NCBI GenBank assembly: GCA_015233195.1
Contig: JADFYE010000014.1
Coordinates: forward strand, 1 to 60,432
Source of the DNA: Candidatus Omnitrophota bacterium
GTDB lineage: Bacteria > Omnitrophota > Gorgyraeia > Zapsychrales > Zapsychraceae
Reading direction: 5' to 3'
Length of the DNA: 60,432 nucleotides
Part shown: piece after piece, positions 10,414 through 19,096 of the stretch
Numbering within the stretch: position 1 is the first letter of the stretch
Layout of the letters: the number at the start of each line of letters is the position of its first letter
Notes under the pieces: model-generated
Told to the model about the DNA's origin: nothing
Database searches by the model: none
Seen by the model: only the letters and a program-made list of their open reading frames with translations
Program-made: the position numbers and the translations under genes

Positions 10414-11498
10414 GAGAACTTCGGGTTTCTTTAGCCATGGTAGTTACTTTATTTTTGTGTATAGGCATTATTATGATCTATAGTGCCAGTGGTATTTATG
10501 CGCAACAAGTATTAGGTAATCCTTTATATTTTTTAGTCAGACATCTTTCATTTTTGGTTATGGGATTATTGGCAATGATACCGATTATGTTAATGGATTA
10601 CCGTGATCTGCAGAAAATTGCTAAGCCGCTGATGGTAGTATCAGTAATTTTGCTGGTGTTGGTTTTGATCCCGGGATTAGGTAAATCAAGTTTTGGCGCT
10701 CGTCGGTGGTTTAAAGTTGGACCTATAAATTTTCAGCCTTCAGAGTTGATGAAATTATCGATGCTGATTTATGTTTCGGATTTTTTAACGAGAAAGAAAA
10801 ATGATATCCGTAGTTTTTCTCATGGTTTTATACCACTAACTTTGGTTATGGGTGTAAGTTGTTTATTAATACTTAAAGAACCAGATATGGGTAATGCGGT
10901 TTTGATCGGTCTTATGGTTTGGGTTTTAATGTTTTTGGCTGGAGGTAAATTAAAACATTTACTTTCATTTTTTATTTTAGCTTTGCCGGCTTTAGTAATT
11001 TTGGTCATTAAGGAACCGTATCGTATGCGGCGGCTGGTGGCGTTTATTGATCCATGGAAGGATAGTTTAGGCGCGGGCTTTCAATTGACCCAATCGCATA
11101 TTGCTTTTGGTTCCGGCGGGATTTTTGGTTTAGGATTAGGGAAAAGTGTTCAGAAATTGTTTTATTTACCTGCGGCACATACTGATTTTATTATGTCGAT
11201 TATTGGAGAAGAATTAGGATTTTTAGGGGCGTTTGTGGTTATCATGCTTTTTATTATTTTTGTCTTTCAAGGCGCGCGTATTGCTAAACGCACTCAAAAT
11301 CCTTTCGGATATTTTTTAGCGAGTGGCATTGTTGGAATGTTGGGTACTCAAGCTATGGTGAATATCGGAGTAAGTATCGGGGCGTTGCCTACCAAAGGTC
11401 TGCCTTTACCTTTTATAAGTTATGGCGGGTCAGCTTTAATATTTAATTTAATGGCAATAGCTTTATTGTTGAATATTTCCCGTACCGAGGATTTATAA
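10410..11498 (+). CDS. ftsW: SEDS peptidoglycan polymerase FtsW
   Basis: GARRW, FQPSE, HTDFI and LPFISYGGS motifs; dcw position. Confidence 0.96.
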   Translation: MRELRVSLAMVVTLFLCIGIIMIYSASGIYAQQVLGNPLYFLVRHLSFLVMGLLAMIPIMLMDYRDLQKIAKPLMVVSVILLVLVLIPGLGKSSFGARRWFKVGPINFQPSELMKLSMLIYVSDFLTRKKNDIRSFSHGFIPLTLVMGVSCLLILKEPDMGNAVLIGLMVWVLMFLAGGKLKHLLSFFILALPALVILVIKEPYRMRRLVAFIDPWKDSLGAGFQLTQSHIAFGSGGIFGLGLGKSVQKLFYLPAAHTDFIMSIIGEELGFLGAFVVIMLFIIFVFQGARIAKRTQNPFGYFLASGIVGMLGTQAMVNIGVSIGALPTKGLPLPFISYGGSALIFNLMAIALLLNISRTEDL

Positions 11499-11500
11499 AA

Positions 11501-12571
11501 ATGAAAATTGTATTAGCTACTGGCGGGACCGGCGGTCATTTATTTCCGGCTTTAGCAACTGCTAAAGAATTGACTGCGGTTGGACATCGGGTGATTTTTT
11601 GCGGTGATTTTAAAAAAAATCAGGGATTGATCGAGGAGCAGGGTTATACTGTTATTCGGATAGACAGTAAAGGTATAACGTCTTTGAATCCGGTTAAAAT
11701 ATTTCTCGCCTTGTTTAATTCTTTTACTGCAGTTTTTCGCGCGCTAAAACATTTATATGGGATTAAACCAGACGTGGTATGCGGGTTTGGGTGTTATAGT
11801 GCTTTCCCTATTGTACTTGCCGCCATAGTTTTACGCATACCTTGTATTATTCATGAACAAAATGTGCAGCCTGGAAAAGCCAATAAATTGCTGGCATTTT
11901 TTGTTTCAAAAATTGCAGTTAGTTTTGTCCAAAGCCGTCAATTTTTTCCAGAGGGTAAAACTGTTTTTACTGGTTGCCCAATAACTTTAGAGATTCCTGC
12001 CAAGAATAAAACTGATCTATTAAAAGAGTATGGATTAAAGTCGGAATTTAAAACTATTTTGGTTTTTGGAGGAAGTCAAGGTAGTCAAAAATTCAACCGG
12101 GATTTAGTCGATATATTAGTTCAATCGCGGAACAAGTATGAATTTCAGGTTATTCATTTATCTGGATATAAAGATTTGGAAACGGTTAAAGAAAAATATT
12201 CACGTTCCGGTATTACAGCTCAAGTTTTTGATTTTTCGACGAAAATGGGGGAGCTGTACACTATGGCGGATTTGGTTATCGGACGTTCTGGTGCAATGAC
12301 TGTGTTTGAGTTGGCGATGTTTAAAAAAGCTGCAATTTTGATTCCATATCCTCACGCTGGGGGACATCAGATATATAATGCTCAAGTTTTAGAACAGTCA
12401 GGTGCGGCTAAATTGGTAGAAGATAAATATTTTAGTTCAGGAGAGGTCAGCTCTGCAGTCGAAGGGTTTTTAAATGGCACGTCGATTTTAGCGGATAAAA
12501 CAGTAGATTCTGATATCTATCAGCCGGATGCGGCAAAGCAATTGGCGAGGGAAATTTTTGTGTGTCGATAA
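11501..12571 (+). CDS. murG: Undecaprenyl-PP-MurNAc-pentapeptide GlcNAc transferase
   Basis: GGTGGHLFP, HEQN, GGSQG and HQIYNA motifs. Confidence 0.97.
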   Translation: MKIVLATGGTGGHLFPALATAKELTAVGHRVIFCGDFKKNQGLIEEQGYTVIRIDSKGITSLNPVKIFLALFNSFTAVFRALKHLYGIKPDVVCGFGCYSAFPIVLAAIVLRIPCIIHEQNVQPGKANKLLAFFVSKIAVSFVQSRQFFPEGKTVFTGCPITLEIPAKNKTDLLKEYGLKSEFKTILVFGGSQGSQKFNRDLVDILVQSRNKYEFQVIHLSGYKDLETVKEKYSRSGITAQVFDFSTKMGELYTMADLVIGRSGAMTVFELAMFKKAAILIPYPHAGGHQIYNAQVLEQSGAAKLVEDKYFSSGEVSSAVEGFLNGTSILADKTVDSDIYQPDAAKQLAREIFVCR

Positions 12572-12572
12572 A

Positions 12573-12626
12573 GTGGTAGAGGTGGTATAGGTGGTATAGG
12601 TGGTAAAGGTGATAAAGGTAGTAAAT
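12573..12626 (+). repeat. Degenerate 9-bp tandem repeat (6 units)
   Basis: GTGGTAGAG GTGGTATAG GTGGTATAG GTGGTAAAG GTGATAAAG GTAGTAAAT, directly after the murG stop. Confidence 0.8.
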
Positions 12627-12646
12627 GGGGATGGGATACGGAAATA

Positions 12647-12681
12647 TTCCCCTCCCCTTGTGGGAGGGGTTAGGGGAGGGG
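12647..12681 (+). repeat. C/G-rich REP-like palindrome, left flank of DUF559
   Basis: TTCCCCTCCCCTTGTGGGAGGGGTTAGGGGAGGGG; an inverted copy lies at 13014-13048. Confidence 0.85.
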
Positions 12682-12684
12682 TTT

Positions 12685-13011
12685 TTGAGAAAAACGTTAA
12701 CACCAATTGCTCAGAGATTAAGGAATGAACTAACAGAGGCGGAAAAACATCTTTGGCTGGCGCTTCGGTCAAAAGGCATGGGTGTTAAATTTCGCAGACA
12801 AGCGGTTATTGGTAAATATATAGTAGATTTTGTGTGTTTTGAGAAAAAAATAGTTGTAGAAGTTGATGGAGGACAGCATAGTCAGAATGAAGATGATATA
12901 ACACGAGATGCATGGTTGAGAAGCCAGGGATTTGAGGTCATAAGATTTTGGAATAATGAAGTGCTTGAGAATTTGGATGGGGTGTTTCAAAAAATTGAAG
13001 AATATGTTTAA
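12685..13011 (+). CDS. DUF559 / Vsr-like PD-(D/E)xK endonuclease domain protein
   Basis: LRNELTEAEKHLW, FRRQAVIGKYIVDF, VEVDGGQH, RDAWLRSQGFEVIRFWN. Start moved to TTG 12685, because the upstream extension is translated repeat and the repeat supplies a GGAGG SD. Confidence 0.9.
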   Translation: MRKTLTPIAQRLRNELTEAEKHLWLALRSKGMGVKFRRQAVIGKYIVDFVCFEKKIVVEVDGGQHSQNEDDITRDAWLRSQGFEVIRFWNNEVLENLDGVFQKIEEYV

Positions 13012-13013
13012 AT

Positions 13014-13048
13014 CCCCCTCCCGTACCCTCCCCACAAGGGGGAGGGAA
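13014..13048 (-). repeat. C/G-rich REP-like palindrome, right flank of DUF559 (inverted)
   Basis: Reverse complement reads TTCCCTCCCCCTTGTGGGGAGGGTACGGGAGGGGG, closely similar to the left copy. Confidence 0.85.
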
Positions 13049-13062
13049 ATCAAAGCTTAATT

Positions 13063-13854
13063 ATGAATAAAATTAGTATATTTTTAATTTCATTTCTATT
13101 GTTTGCCAACGCGGCTACGGCGAAGATTGACGCGCCTGAAGAAGGCTGGTCGGTCGTGAAGTCTCGTCATTTCTTAGTTTATTATAAAGACGTGCCTATT
13201 GATTTTGTGCATGCGGTAAAAAGCGCTGCTGAGACTAATTTTAAGGAAATATTTGATAATTTAGGTTTAGGTATTGGTGCGGGTTGGGATATAGATGAGC
13301 GGGCTAAAATATATATTTTTCCCAGCCAGGAAGAATATATAGCGTCGGGAAAAACTTATAAATGGTCGAATGGCATGGCTTTGGTGCAGGAAAAGATCAT
13401 CCGCACTTTTCCTTTAGACCATGGTTTTTTTGATTCAGTATTGCCGCATGAGTTAGGGCATATTATTTTTCGTAAGTTTGTAGGTTTTGAGGTTGAATTA
13501 CCGCTATGGTTTGAAGAAGGCGTGGCAATGTATCAGGAAAAAGCTAAACGCTGGGGCGCTAATAAATTCGTTAAGGATGCGATGAAGAACAAAAAGTTCA
13601 TGGATTTAAAAGAATTAACTAATACACGATTTAGTAAAACGACTAAACAGGAAGCTGTAGATTTGTTTTATGCGGAGTCTGCTAGTGTAATTAATTTTTT
13701 GATAAATGAATATGGTGAAGAAAGATTTTATAGATTTTGTAAAGATCTTAACGAGGGGTTTACCTTTGCAGCTTCATTTGAAAAAGCTTATCCACAACTT
13801 AGGACTATGGAGCGTTTTAATAAACGTTGGATAGAATACATAGAAAAATTATGA
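13063..13854 (+). CDS. Exported zinc metallopeptidase (peptidase MA-like, gluzincin)
   Basis: Signal peptide; HELGH (HExxH) followed by PLWFEEGVA and a downstream YAES motif. Confidence 0.8.
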   Translation: MNKISIFLISFLLFANAATAKIDAPEEGWSVVKSRHFLVYYKDVPIDFVHAVKSAAETNFKEIFDNLGLGIGAGWDIDERAKIYIFPSQEEYIASGKTYKWSNGMALVQEKIIRTFPLDHGFFDSVLPHELGHIIFRKFVGFEVELPLWFEEGVAMYQEKAKRWGANKFVKDAMKNKKFMDLKELTNTRFSKTTKQEAVDLFYAESASVINFLINEYGEERFYRFCKDLNEGFTFAASFEKAYPQLRTMERFNKRWIEYIEKL

Positions 13855-15215
13855 AAAAACATTATCACTTAGTTGGAATAGGCGGGATAGGTATGGGAGG
13901 TCTCGCTGGTTTATTATTAGCCAAAGGACATAAGGTTACTGGTTCAGATGCAAAAGACAGCGATATGGTTAATATGCTGCGTCAGCAGGGAGCTGATATA
14001 GCAGTCGGGCATAATGCTTCAAATGTAACCCAGCCGGATTTTGTGGCAGTTTCAACAGCGATCAAACCTGATAATCCTGAAATAATCAGCGCGCGGGCTA
14101 AGAATATTCCTATATTAAGAAGAGCGGAATTATTATCTCAATTGATGCTAGAATATAAGACTATTGCGGTTACTGGGGCGCATGGCAAAACTACAACTTC
14201 GTCTATGATTTTGCATACTTTGCAGGTAAATGACTTGTCGCCCATGGGTGCGATTGGCGGGATTGTGCGTACGCTCTCGACCAATATCGCGTTGGGGCAA
14301 GGTAATTATTTTGTGGCAGAGGTTGATGATAGCGACGGAACACACTTGTTTTTCCATCCGGATTATTCAGTGATTACCAATATGGATAAAGAGCACATGG
14401 ATTTTTACCGGGATCTGGACCATATTGCTGAATTGTATGAAAAATATTTGAAGCAAACTAATGAACAGGGGATGATTTTTATTTGCGGGGATGATATAAA
14501 TTTAGCAGCTGTTGCGAAAAGTACAGGGCGAGTATTTCGGACTTTTGGTTTGAATAACGAAAATCGGATGCGACCTGAAGAAATAACCATTGAAGGACTG
14601 CAAAGTAAATTTGATTGTATCTTAGCTGGAAAATCTTTAGGACGAGTAGTGTTAAATGTTCCGGGCAGGCATAATATAATTAACGCTTTAGCCTGTATTT
14701 CGGTTTGCCTTGAGATTGGACTTAAATTTGCCGATATTGTCAAAGGTTTAGAAAGTTTTAGGGGAGTAGAGCGCAGGTTTCAGTTTTTAGGTGAGAAAAA
14801 TGGAGTGGTAATTTATGATGATTATGCTCATCATCCGACGGAAATAGCTGCCACTTGCAAAGTAGCCAAGACTTTAAAAGCTAATAAGGTTAAAAGAATA
14901 GTCGGGGTATTTCAGCCGCATCGTTATACCAGGTTAAAACATTTGTGGAAAGAATTTCAGGGGTGTTTTGAAGGGTGTGACAGTTTATTGGTAACTGATG
15001 TGTACGCGGCAAGTGAAAAACCTATTGAGGGAGTGGGTGCTGAGCTTTTTGTGGAAGAGATGAAAAAAAACACAAAAATAGAAGTAATCTATGTTAATCG
15101 TGATAAATTATTAGAAAGTGTTTTGTCTTTTATCCGTCCTGGAGATTTGGTTTTAACTTTAGGGGCTGGGGATATTACTAAATTGGGAAAAGAATTGATA
15201 CATGGAAAATTGTAA
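13851..15215 (+). CDS. murC: UDP-N-acetylmuramate--L-alanine ligase
   Basis: GIGGIGM, GAHGKTTT, DDYAHHPTE and FQPHRY motifs; start at ATG 13851 (ATGA overlap). Confidence 0.97.
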   Translation: MKKHYHLVGIGGIGMGGLAGLLLAKGHKVTGSDAKDSDMVNMLRQQGADIAVGHNASNVTQPDFVAVSTAIKPDNPEIISARAKNIPILRRAELLSQLMLEYKTIAVTGAHGKTTTSSMILHTLQVNDLSPMGAIGGIVRTLSTNIALGQGNYFVAEVDDSDGTHLFFHPDYSVITNMDKEHMDFYRDLDHIAELYEKYLKQTNEQGMIFICGDDINLAAVAKSTGRVFRTFGLNNENRMRPEEITIEGLQSKFDCILAGKSLGRVVLNVPGRHNIINALACISVCLEIGLKFADIVKGLESFRGVERRFQFLGEKNGVVIYDDYAHHPTEIAATCKVAKTLKANKVKRIVGVFQPHRYTRLKHLWKEFQGCFEGCDSLLVTDVYAASEKPIEGVGAELFVEEMKKNTKIEVIYVNRDKLLESVLSFIRPGDLVLTLGAGDITKLGKELIHGKL

Positions 15216-16164
15216 TTTAAAATTTGGTTGTATCGGGGTTTTGATGGGAGGATATTCATCTGAACGCGAGGTTTCTTTACGTTCTGGAAAGGCGATTTTA
15301 GACGCGTTATTAGCTGCTGGATGTGATGCAAAAGGGTTAGATATTCAATCCGAAGATGAACGTGAGATAAAGAAACAAATCCAAGAGGCTAAGATTGACG
15401 TGGCTTTTATTGCTTTGCATGGTAAACTCGGCGAAGACGGTAAAATCCAAAATATTTTGGAACAATTAAATTTGCCTTATACTGGTTCAGGGGTACAGGC
15501 TAGTCAGTTGTCTATTAATAAAGTTTTGGCTCATATGATATTTAATCAGAACGGAATTAAAACTCCTGAATATGTGGCTTTGCATAAAAGTGATGAATTT
15601 GTTATTGAAGATATTATAAAAAAATTAGGCGGGAAATTTCCTTTAGTGGTTAAACCGGCTTGTGAAGGCTCTTCGATTGGAATACATTTCGCTGAAAGTA
15701 AAGAAACTTTGTTATCCGCGATTGAATCATCTTGGCAATTTGTCGACCAGGTTTTGATTGAACAGTTTATCAAAGGACGAGAATTAACTGTGGGAATATT
15801 AGGTAATGATTGTCTGCCGGTAATTGAAATAAAACCTAAACGGGATTTTTTTGATTATACGGCTAAATATCAAAAAGGTTTGACTGATTATTTAATTCCC
15901 GCACCATTGCCAGAAGAGCTGGCAGGTAAAGTTCAAAAATTAGCATTTGCAGCTTATAAATCTTTAGGATGTGAAGATCTTTCTCGGGTGGATGTGATGT
16001 TGGATGAAAAAGATCAGCCTTTTGTTTTGGAAATAAATACCATACCCGGTTTTACTGAGACCAGCCTGTTACCCAAGGCTGCTCGTCAAGCTGGAGTGGA
16101 TTTTCAGTCATTATGTTTAAGATTAGTAGGAATGGCATATGGGAAAAGCAACCAAGAAGACTAA
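15202..16164 (+). CDS. ddl: D-alanine--D-alanine ligase
   Basis: GGYSSEREVSLRSG, LHGKLGEDG, YTAKY and EINTIPG motifs. Confidence 0.97.
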   Translation: MENCNLKFGCIGVLMGGYSSEREVSLRSGKAILDALLAAGCDAKGLDIQSEDEREIKKQIQEAKIDVAFIALHGKLGEDGKIQNILEQLNLPYTGSGVQASQLSINKVLAHMIFNQNGIKTPEYVALHKSDEFVIEDIIKKLGGKFPLVVKPACEGSSIGIHFAESKETLLSAIESSWQFVDQVLIEQFIKGRELTVGILGNDCLPVIEIKPKRDFFDYTAKYQKGLTDYLIPAPLPEELAGKVQKLAFAAYKSLGCEDLSRVDVMLDEKDQPFVLEINTIPGFTETSLLPKAARQAGVDFQSLCLRLVGMAYGKSNQED

Positions 16165-16951
16165 AATAAAAATCCCAGTCAATCTGATCCGAAACATAGT
16201 GATAATCATTGTGTTATTCGGATTAGGTTTTTGGATTTCTCTTTCTATTTTAGATAGAATAATTCAGGCTCCGAATTTTAAGGTGCGGAAAGTAGTGGTC
16301 GAACAATCTTTAGATTTTATTCAGAGAACAGATTTTTCGTATATGGTAGGAAAAAGTATTTTTGAGGTTGATCTGCCTCGTCTGAAACAAGGCTTGGAAT
16401 TGCGGTATCCACAATTAGCGAATTTACGGGTGACACGACGATTTCCGAATGAAATTGTAATTGCCGCGCAAAAGCGTGATCCGTTTTTACAATTTGAATA
16501 TAACCGTAGATTAATAACTTTGGATCATAATGGTTATATTTTATTTTATGACCAGTTGCGCAATGAAAAATTACCGCTGGTAAAAGGGGTAAAAGTTTCT
16601 GGTCCGAATTTGACGCTGGGATACAAGTTGCGTTCTGATAATGCGTTTTTAGCTGTGGAAATTTTTAGGGCGCTGGAAGCAGAGCCTAAACTTAAAGGTT
16701 TAATAATATCGACGATGGATATTTCTAATATGTCGAAAGTCGAAGTTGCGTTGAACAATGGGCTTTTATTATATTTGTCTAAAGATAAAATGAAGGAAAA
16801 AATGGGTATGTTGGCTATAGTTATGCAGCAACCGAATTTTCAACCTGAAACAATAGAATATATTGATTTAAGGTTTAATGAGCCGGTATTAAAAGCCAAA
16901 CCGGAAGTGAAAAGTAAGGTCAAAGGTCAAAGACCAAAGGATAAAGGGTAA
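16139..16951 (+). CDS. ftsQ: Cell division protein FtsQ/DivIB
   Basis: N-terminal TM, POTRA-like RRFPNEIVI segment and C-terminal YIDLRF; lies between ddl and ftsA. Confidence 0.85.
   Translation: MGKATKKTKIKIPVNLIRNIVIIIVLFGLGFWISLSILDRIIQAPNFKVRKVVVEQSLDFIQRTDFSYMVGKSIFEVDLPRLKQGLELRYPQLANLRVTRRFPNEIVIAAQKRDPFLQFEYNRRLITLDHNGYILFYDQLRNEKLPLVKGVKVSGPNLTLGYKLRSDNAFLAVEIFRALEAEPKLKGLIISTMDISNMSKVEVALNNGLLLYLSKDKMKEKMGMLAIVMQQPNFQPETIEYIDLRFNEPVLKAKPEVKSKVKGQRPKDKG
16916..16950 (+). repeat. 7-bp tandem repeat (AAGGTCA-like, 5 units) within the ftsQ 3' end
   Basis: AAGGTCA AAGGTCA AAGACCA AAGGATA AAGGGTA. Confidence 0.65.
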
Positions 16952-16958
16952 TATAAAC

Positions 16959-18203
16959 ATGGTTAAGAAATTTTTTAAACAAAAGTTTTTTTGCGGTTTG
17001 GATTTAGGTGCCAACCGTATAAAAGTCGCGATATTAAAAACCTCGCCGGTTGAAGGGCAATATGAATTGATCGGTGATTCAATAAGTAAAGTCCATGGTT
17101 TTAAAAAATCTTCAGTAACTGATATCGCAGAATTATCTGAAAGTATTCGTTCAGCTGTGCAATCCGCCGCGCAAAAAGCGCAAGTAAAAGTCAAAGAATT
17201 GAATTTGGGTTTAGGTAGTGATTTAGTGGTCAGTCGACGTACTGGTACTACCATTCCTCTGGTCGAAAAAGGTCACAAAGTTATTACAGAGCGGGATCTG
17301 TATAGATTGCGTAATTTAGCCAAAATGTTAAGTTCTAAAATTGACGAGGAACTCATTCATGACATTCCTCAGTATTACAACGTTGATGATGATAATCAGG
17401 CGCTGAATCCGGTTGGTTTGTACGCGCGTAAATTAGAGATCAATACTTTGATGATATTAGTGAATGCGAATCGACTGCGTAATATTTTTAAATCTGTTAG
17501 CCAAGCCGGATATGAAATATCGAACGTCATGTTCAACACTTACGCGTCAGCTTCAGTAGTTTTACGGGATCAAGATAGTTTACGGGGGTGTGGACTGCTG
17601 GATATTGGCGCGCAATCTACAAATATATTGGTTTTTAAAAATGGCAGTTTAAAATTTTTTGATAAAATTAATGTCGGCAGTGACGATCTTAGTCAGGCAG
17701 TAGCGGATACATTAGGAGTGTCTTTTGATCTGGCTGAAAGCATCAAACGTTCACATGGCTATGCTTTAGCTGGAGAGCATGACGCGAATGAAGAAATATT
17801 GATAAAACAAAGTAATGCTTATAAGCCGATTAAACGCGGCGCGATCTTTGATGCTTTAGATAAAAAAGTTGAAGAATATACTGAACAGTTAAAAGCATTT
17901 ATTTTAAAAGAACATTTGTATGATGACATGGCTGACGGGATGGTAGTTATAGGCGGTGGTTCATTACTTCCGGGTTTGATAGAGCGAATCAGCCAAAAAT
18001 TAACTATTCCCGCAAATACTGGACGATTGCGGCATATTCATCATCCTCAAGCAACGTATGTATCCGAGTTGATTCCTGCTGTTGGTTTAGCTATGCAAGG
18101 GTTTAAGACTAAACCGCTTCCTTGGGATGGGTTGGGCAAAGATAACCGCGGAGTAAAACACATCTTTTCTAAACTTCATGATCTCTACCAAGAATACTTC
18201 TAA
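16959..18203 (+). CDS. ftsA: Cell division protein FtsA
   Basis: GLDLG, NPVGL, LLDIG, AESIKRSHG and IGGGS motifs; C-terminal amphipathic helix. Confidence 0.93.
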   Translation: MVKKFFKQKFFCGLDLGANRIKVAILKTSPVEGQYELIGDSISKVHGFKKSSVTDIAELSESIRSAVQSAAQKAQVKVKELNLGLGSDLVVSRRTGTTIPLVEKGHKVITERDLYRLRNLAKMLSSKIDEELIHDIPQYYNVDDDNQALNPVGLYARKLEINTLMILVNANRLRNIFKSVSQAGYEISNVMFNTYASASVVLRDQDSLRGCGLLDIGAQSTNILVFKNGSLKFFDKINVGSDDLSQAVADTLGVSFDLAESIKRSHGYALAGEHDANEEILIKQSNAYKPIKRGAIFDALDKKVEEYTEQLKAFILKEHLYDDMADGMVVIGGGSLLPGLIERISQKLTIPANTGRLRHIHHPQATYVSELIPAVGLAMQGFKTKPLPWDGLGKDNRGVKHIFSKLHDLYQEYF

Positions 18204-18238
18204 CCGGCTCCGCAGATGACGCATCTGCGGAGCCGGTT
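18202..18238. terminator. Perfect 17-bp inverted repeat between convergent genes
   Basis: AACCGGCTCCGCAGATG-ACG-CATCTGCGGAGCCGGTT, filling the gap between ftsA and the convergent ORF. Confidence 0.75.
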
Positions 18239-18576
18239 TATTTTAATCTTCTCGTTAAATGATACCGCACGTCTTTTAAGGTGTGGTGCATTCTTTGGAT
18301 CCCGTTAAAAATATACAATACCCAAAATGCTATTAATAAGAGGATGAATATGCCAATAGCTGCATAATAAGTTTGAGCTATTAACGCTCTTTCAGCTATA
18401 GTTGCAAATTTTGTTTGACTCGACAGGTCGATGACTGTAAAAATATTTATAAACCAGAATATGAATAGCACGATTAGAATGAATTGAAAGAAAATGTAGT
18501 AAAGGTGCCGCATCATCCATTTCGCTATGATGTTATCCCAGTGGCGAACTTTGTCCATCAAGTCTTTATAGGTCAT
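18238..18576 (-). CDS. Hypothetical membrane protein (2 TM)
   Basis: 112 aa with two hydrophobic segments; AGGAG SD upstream on the minus strand. Confidence 0.75.
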   Translation of the reverse strand: MTYKDLMDKVRHWDNIIAKWMMRHLYYIFFQFILIVLFIFWFINIFTVIDLSSQTKFATIAERALIAQTYYAAIGIFILLLIAFWVLYIFNGIQRMHHTLKDVRYHLTRRLK

Positions 18577-18730
18577 TTTAGTCTCCTAAATTTTTTTGAT
18601 GATTAATATGGATATTTTATATCTATTTTTGCTTATATATCAATATTAATTAAAAGTTTTGAAAAAAATGTACGCATGGTAATATATAAAAACAAGTCAT
18701 GTTATTATAAATGTAATATTAGGAGGACAC

Positions 18731-19096
18731 ATGTCACATAAGATTCTATTGGTCGATGATGAGCGTATAAATACCGCATTAATGCGATTCAGTTTAACTC
18801 AGTTTGGGTATAAAGTTTTTGCGGCATTTGACGGAGAGGAAGGCTTGGCTTTGGTTGAGAAAGAAAAACCAGATTTGATAGTCTTAGACGTGTTGATGCC
18901 AAAGATGAATGGTTTTGAATTTATGACAGAGCTAAAACGTATGCAAGGCATGGATATTGTGCCAGTAATAATGTTGACTTCTAATGAGACTATGGAAGAT
19001 ATATTCAGGCTGGAGGGGGTTAAAGGATATTTTGTTAAGCCAGTGGATTTTGTTCAATTACAGCAAAAAATAGAAGAATGTTTGGATAAAAAATGA
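18731..19096 (+). CDS. Stand-alone response regulator receiver protein
   Basis: ILLVDD, DLIVLDVLMPKMNG and KP motifs; AGGAGG SD. Confidence 0.93.
   Translation: MSHKILLVDDERINTALMRFSLTQFGYKVFAAFDGEEGLALVEKEKPDLIVLDVLMPKMNGFEFMTELKRMQGMDIVPVIMLTSNETMEDIFRLEGVKGYFVKPVDFVQLQQKIEECLDKK

Noticed and set aside
12573-12681. CRISPR array
   Set aside because: Units are 9-bp tandem repeats with no spacers, the palindromes are dispersed rather than regularly interspaced, and no cas genes are present.
12488-13053. Minus-strand ORFs 12488-12772 and 12769-13053, and the N-terminal extension of the 12625 ORF
   Set aside because: They are translations of the tandem repeat and palindromes, or antisense to DUF559.
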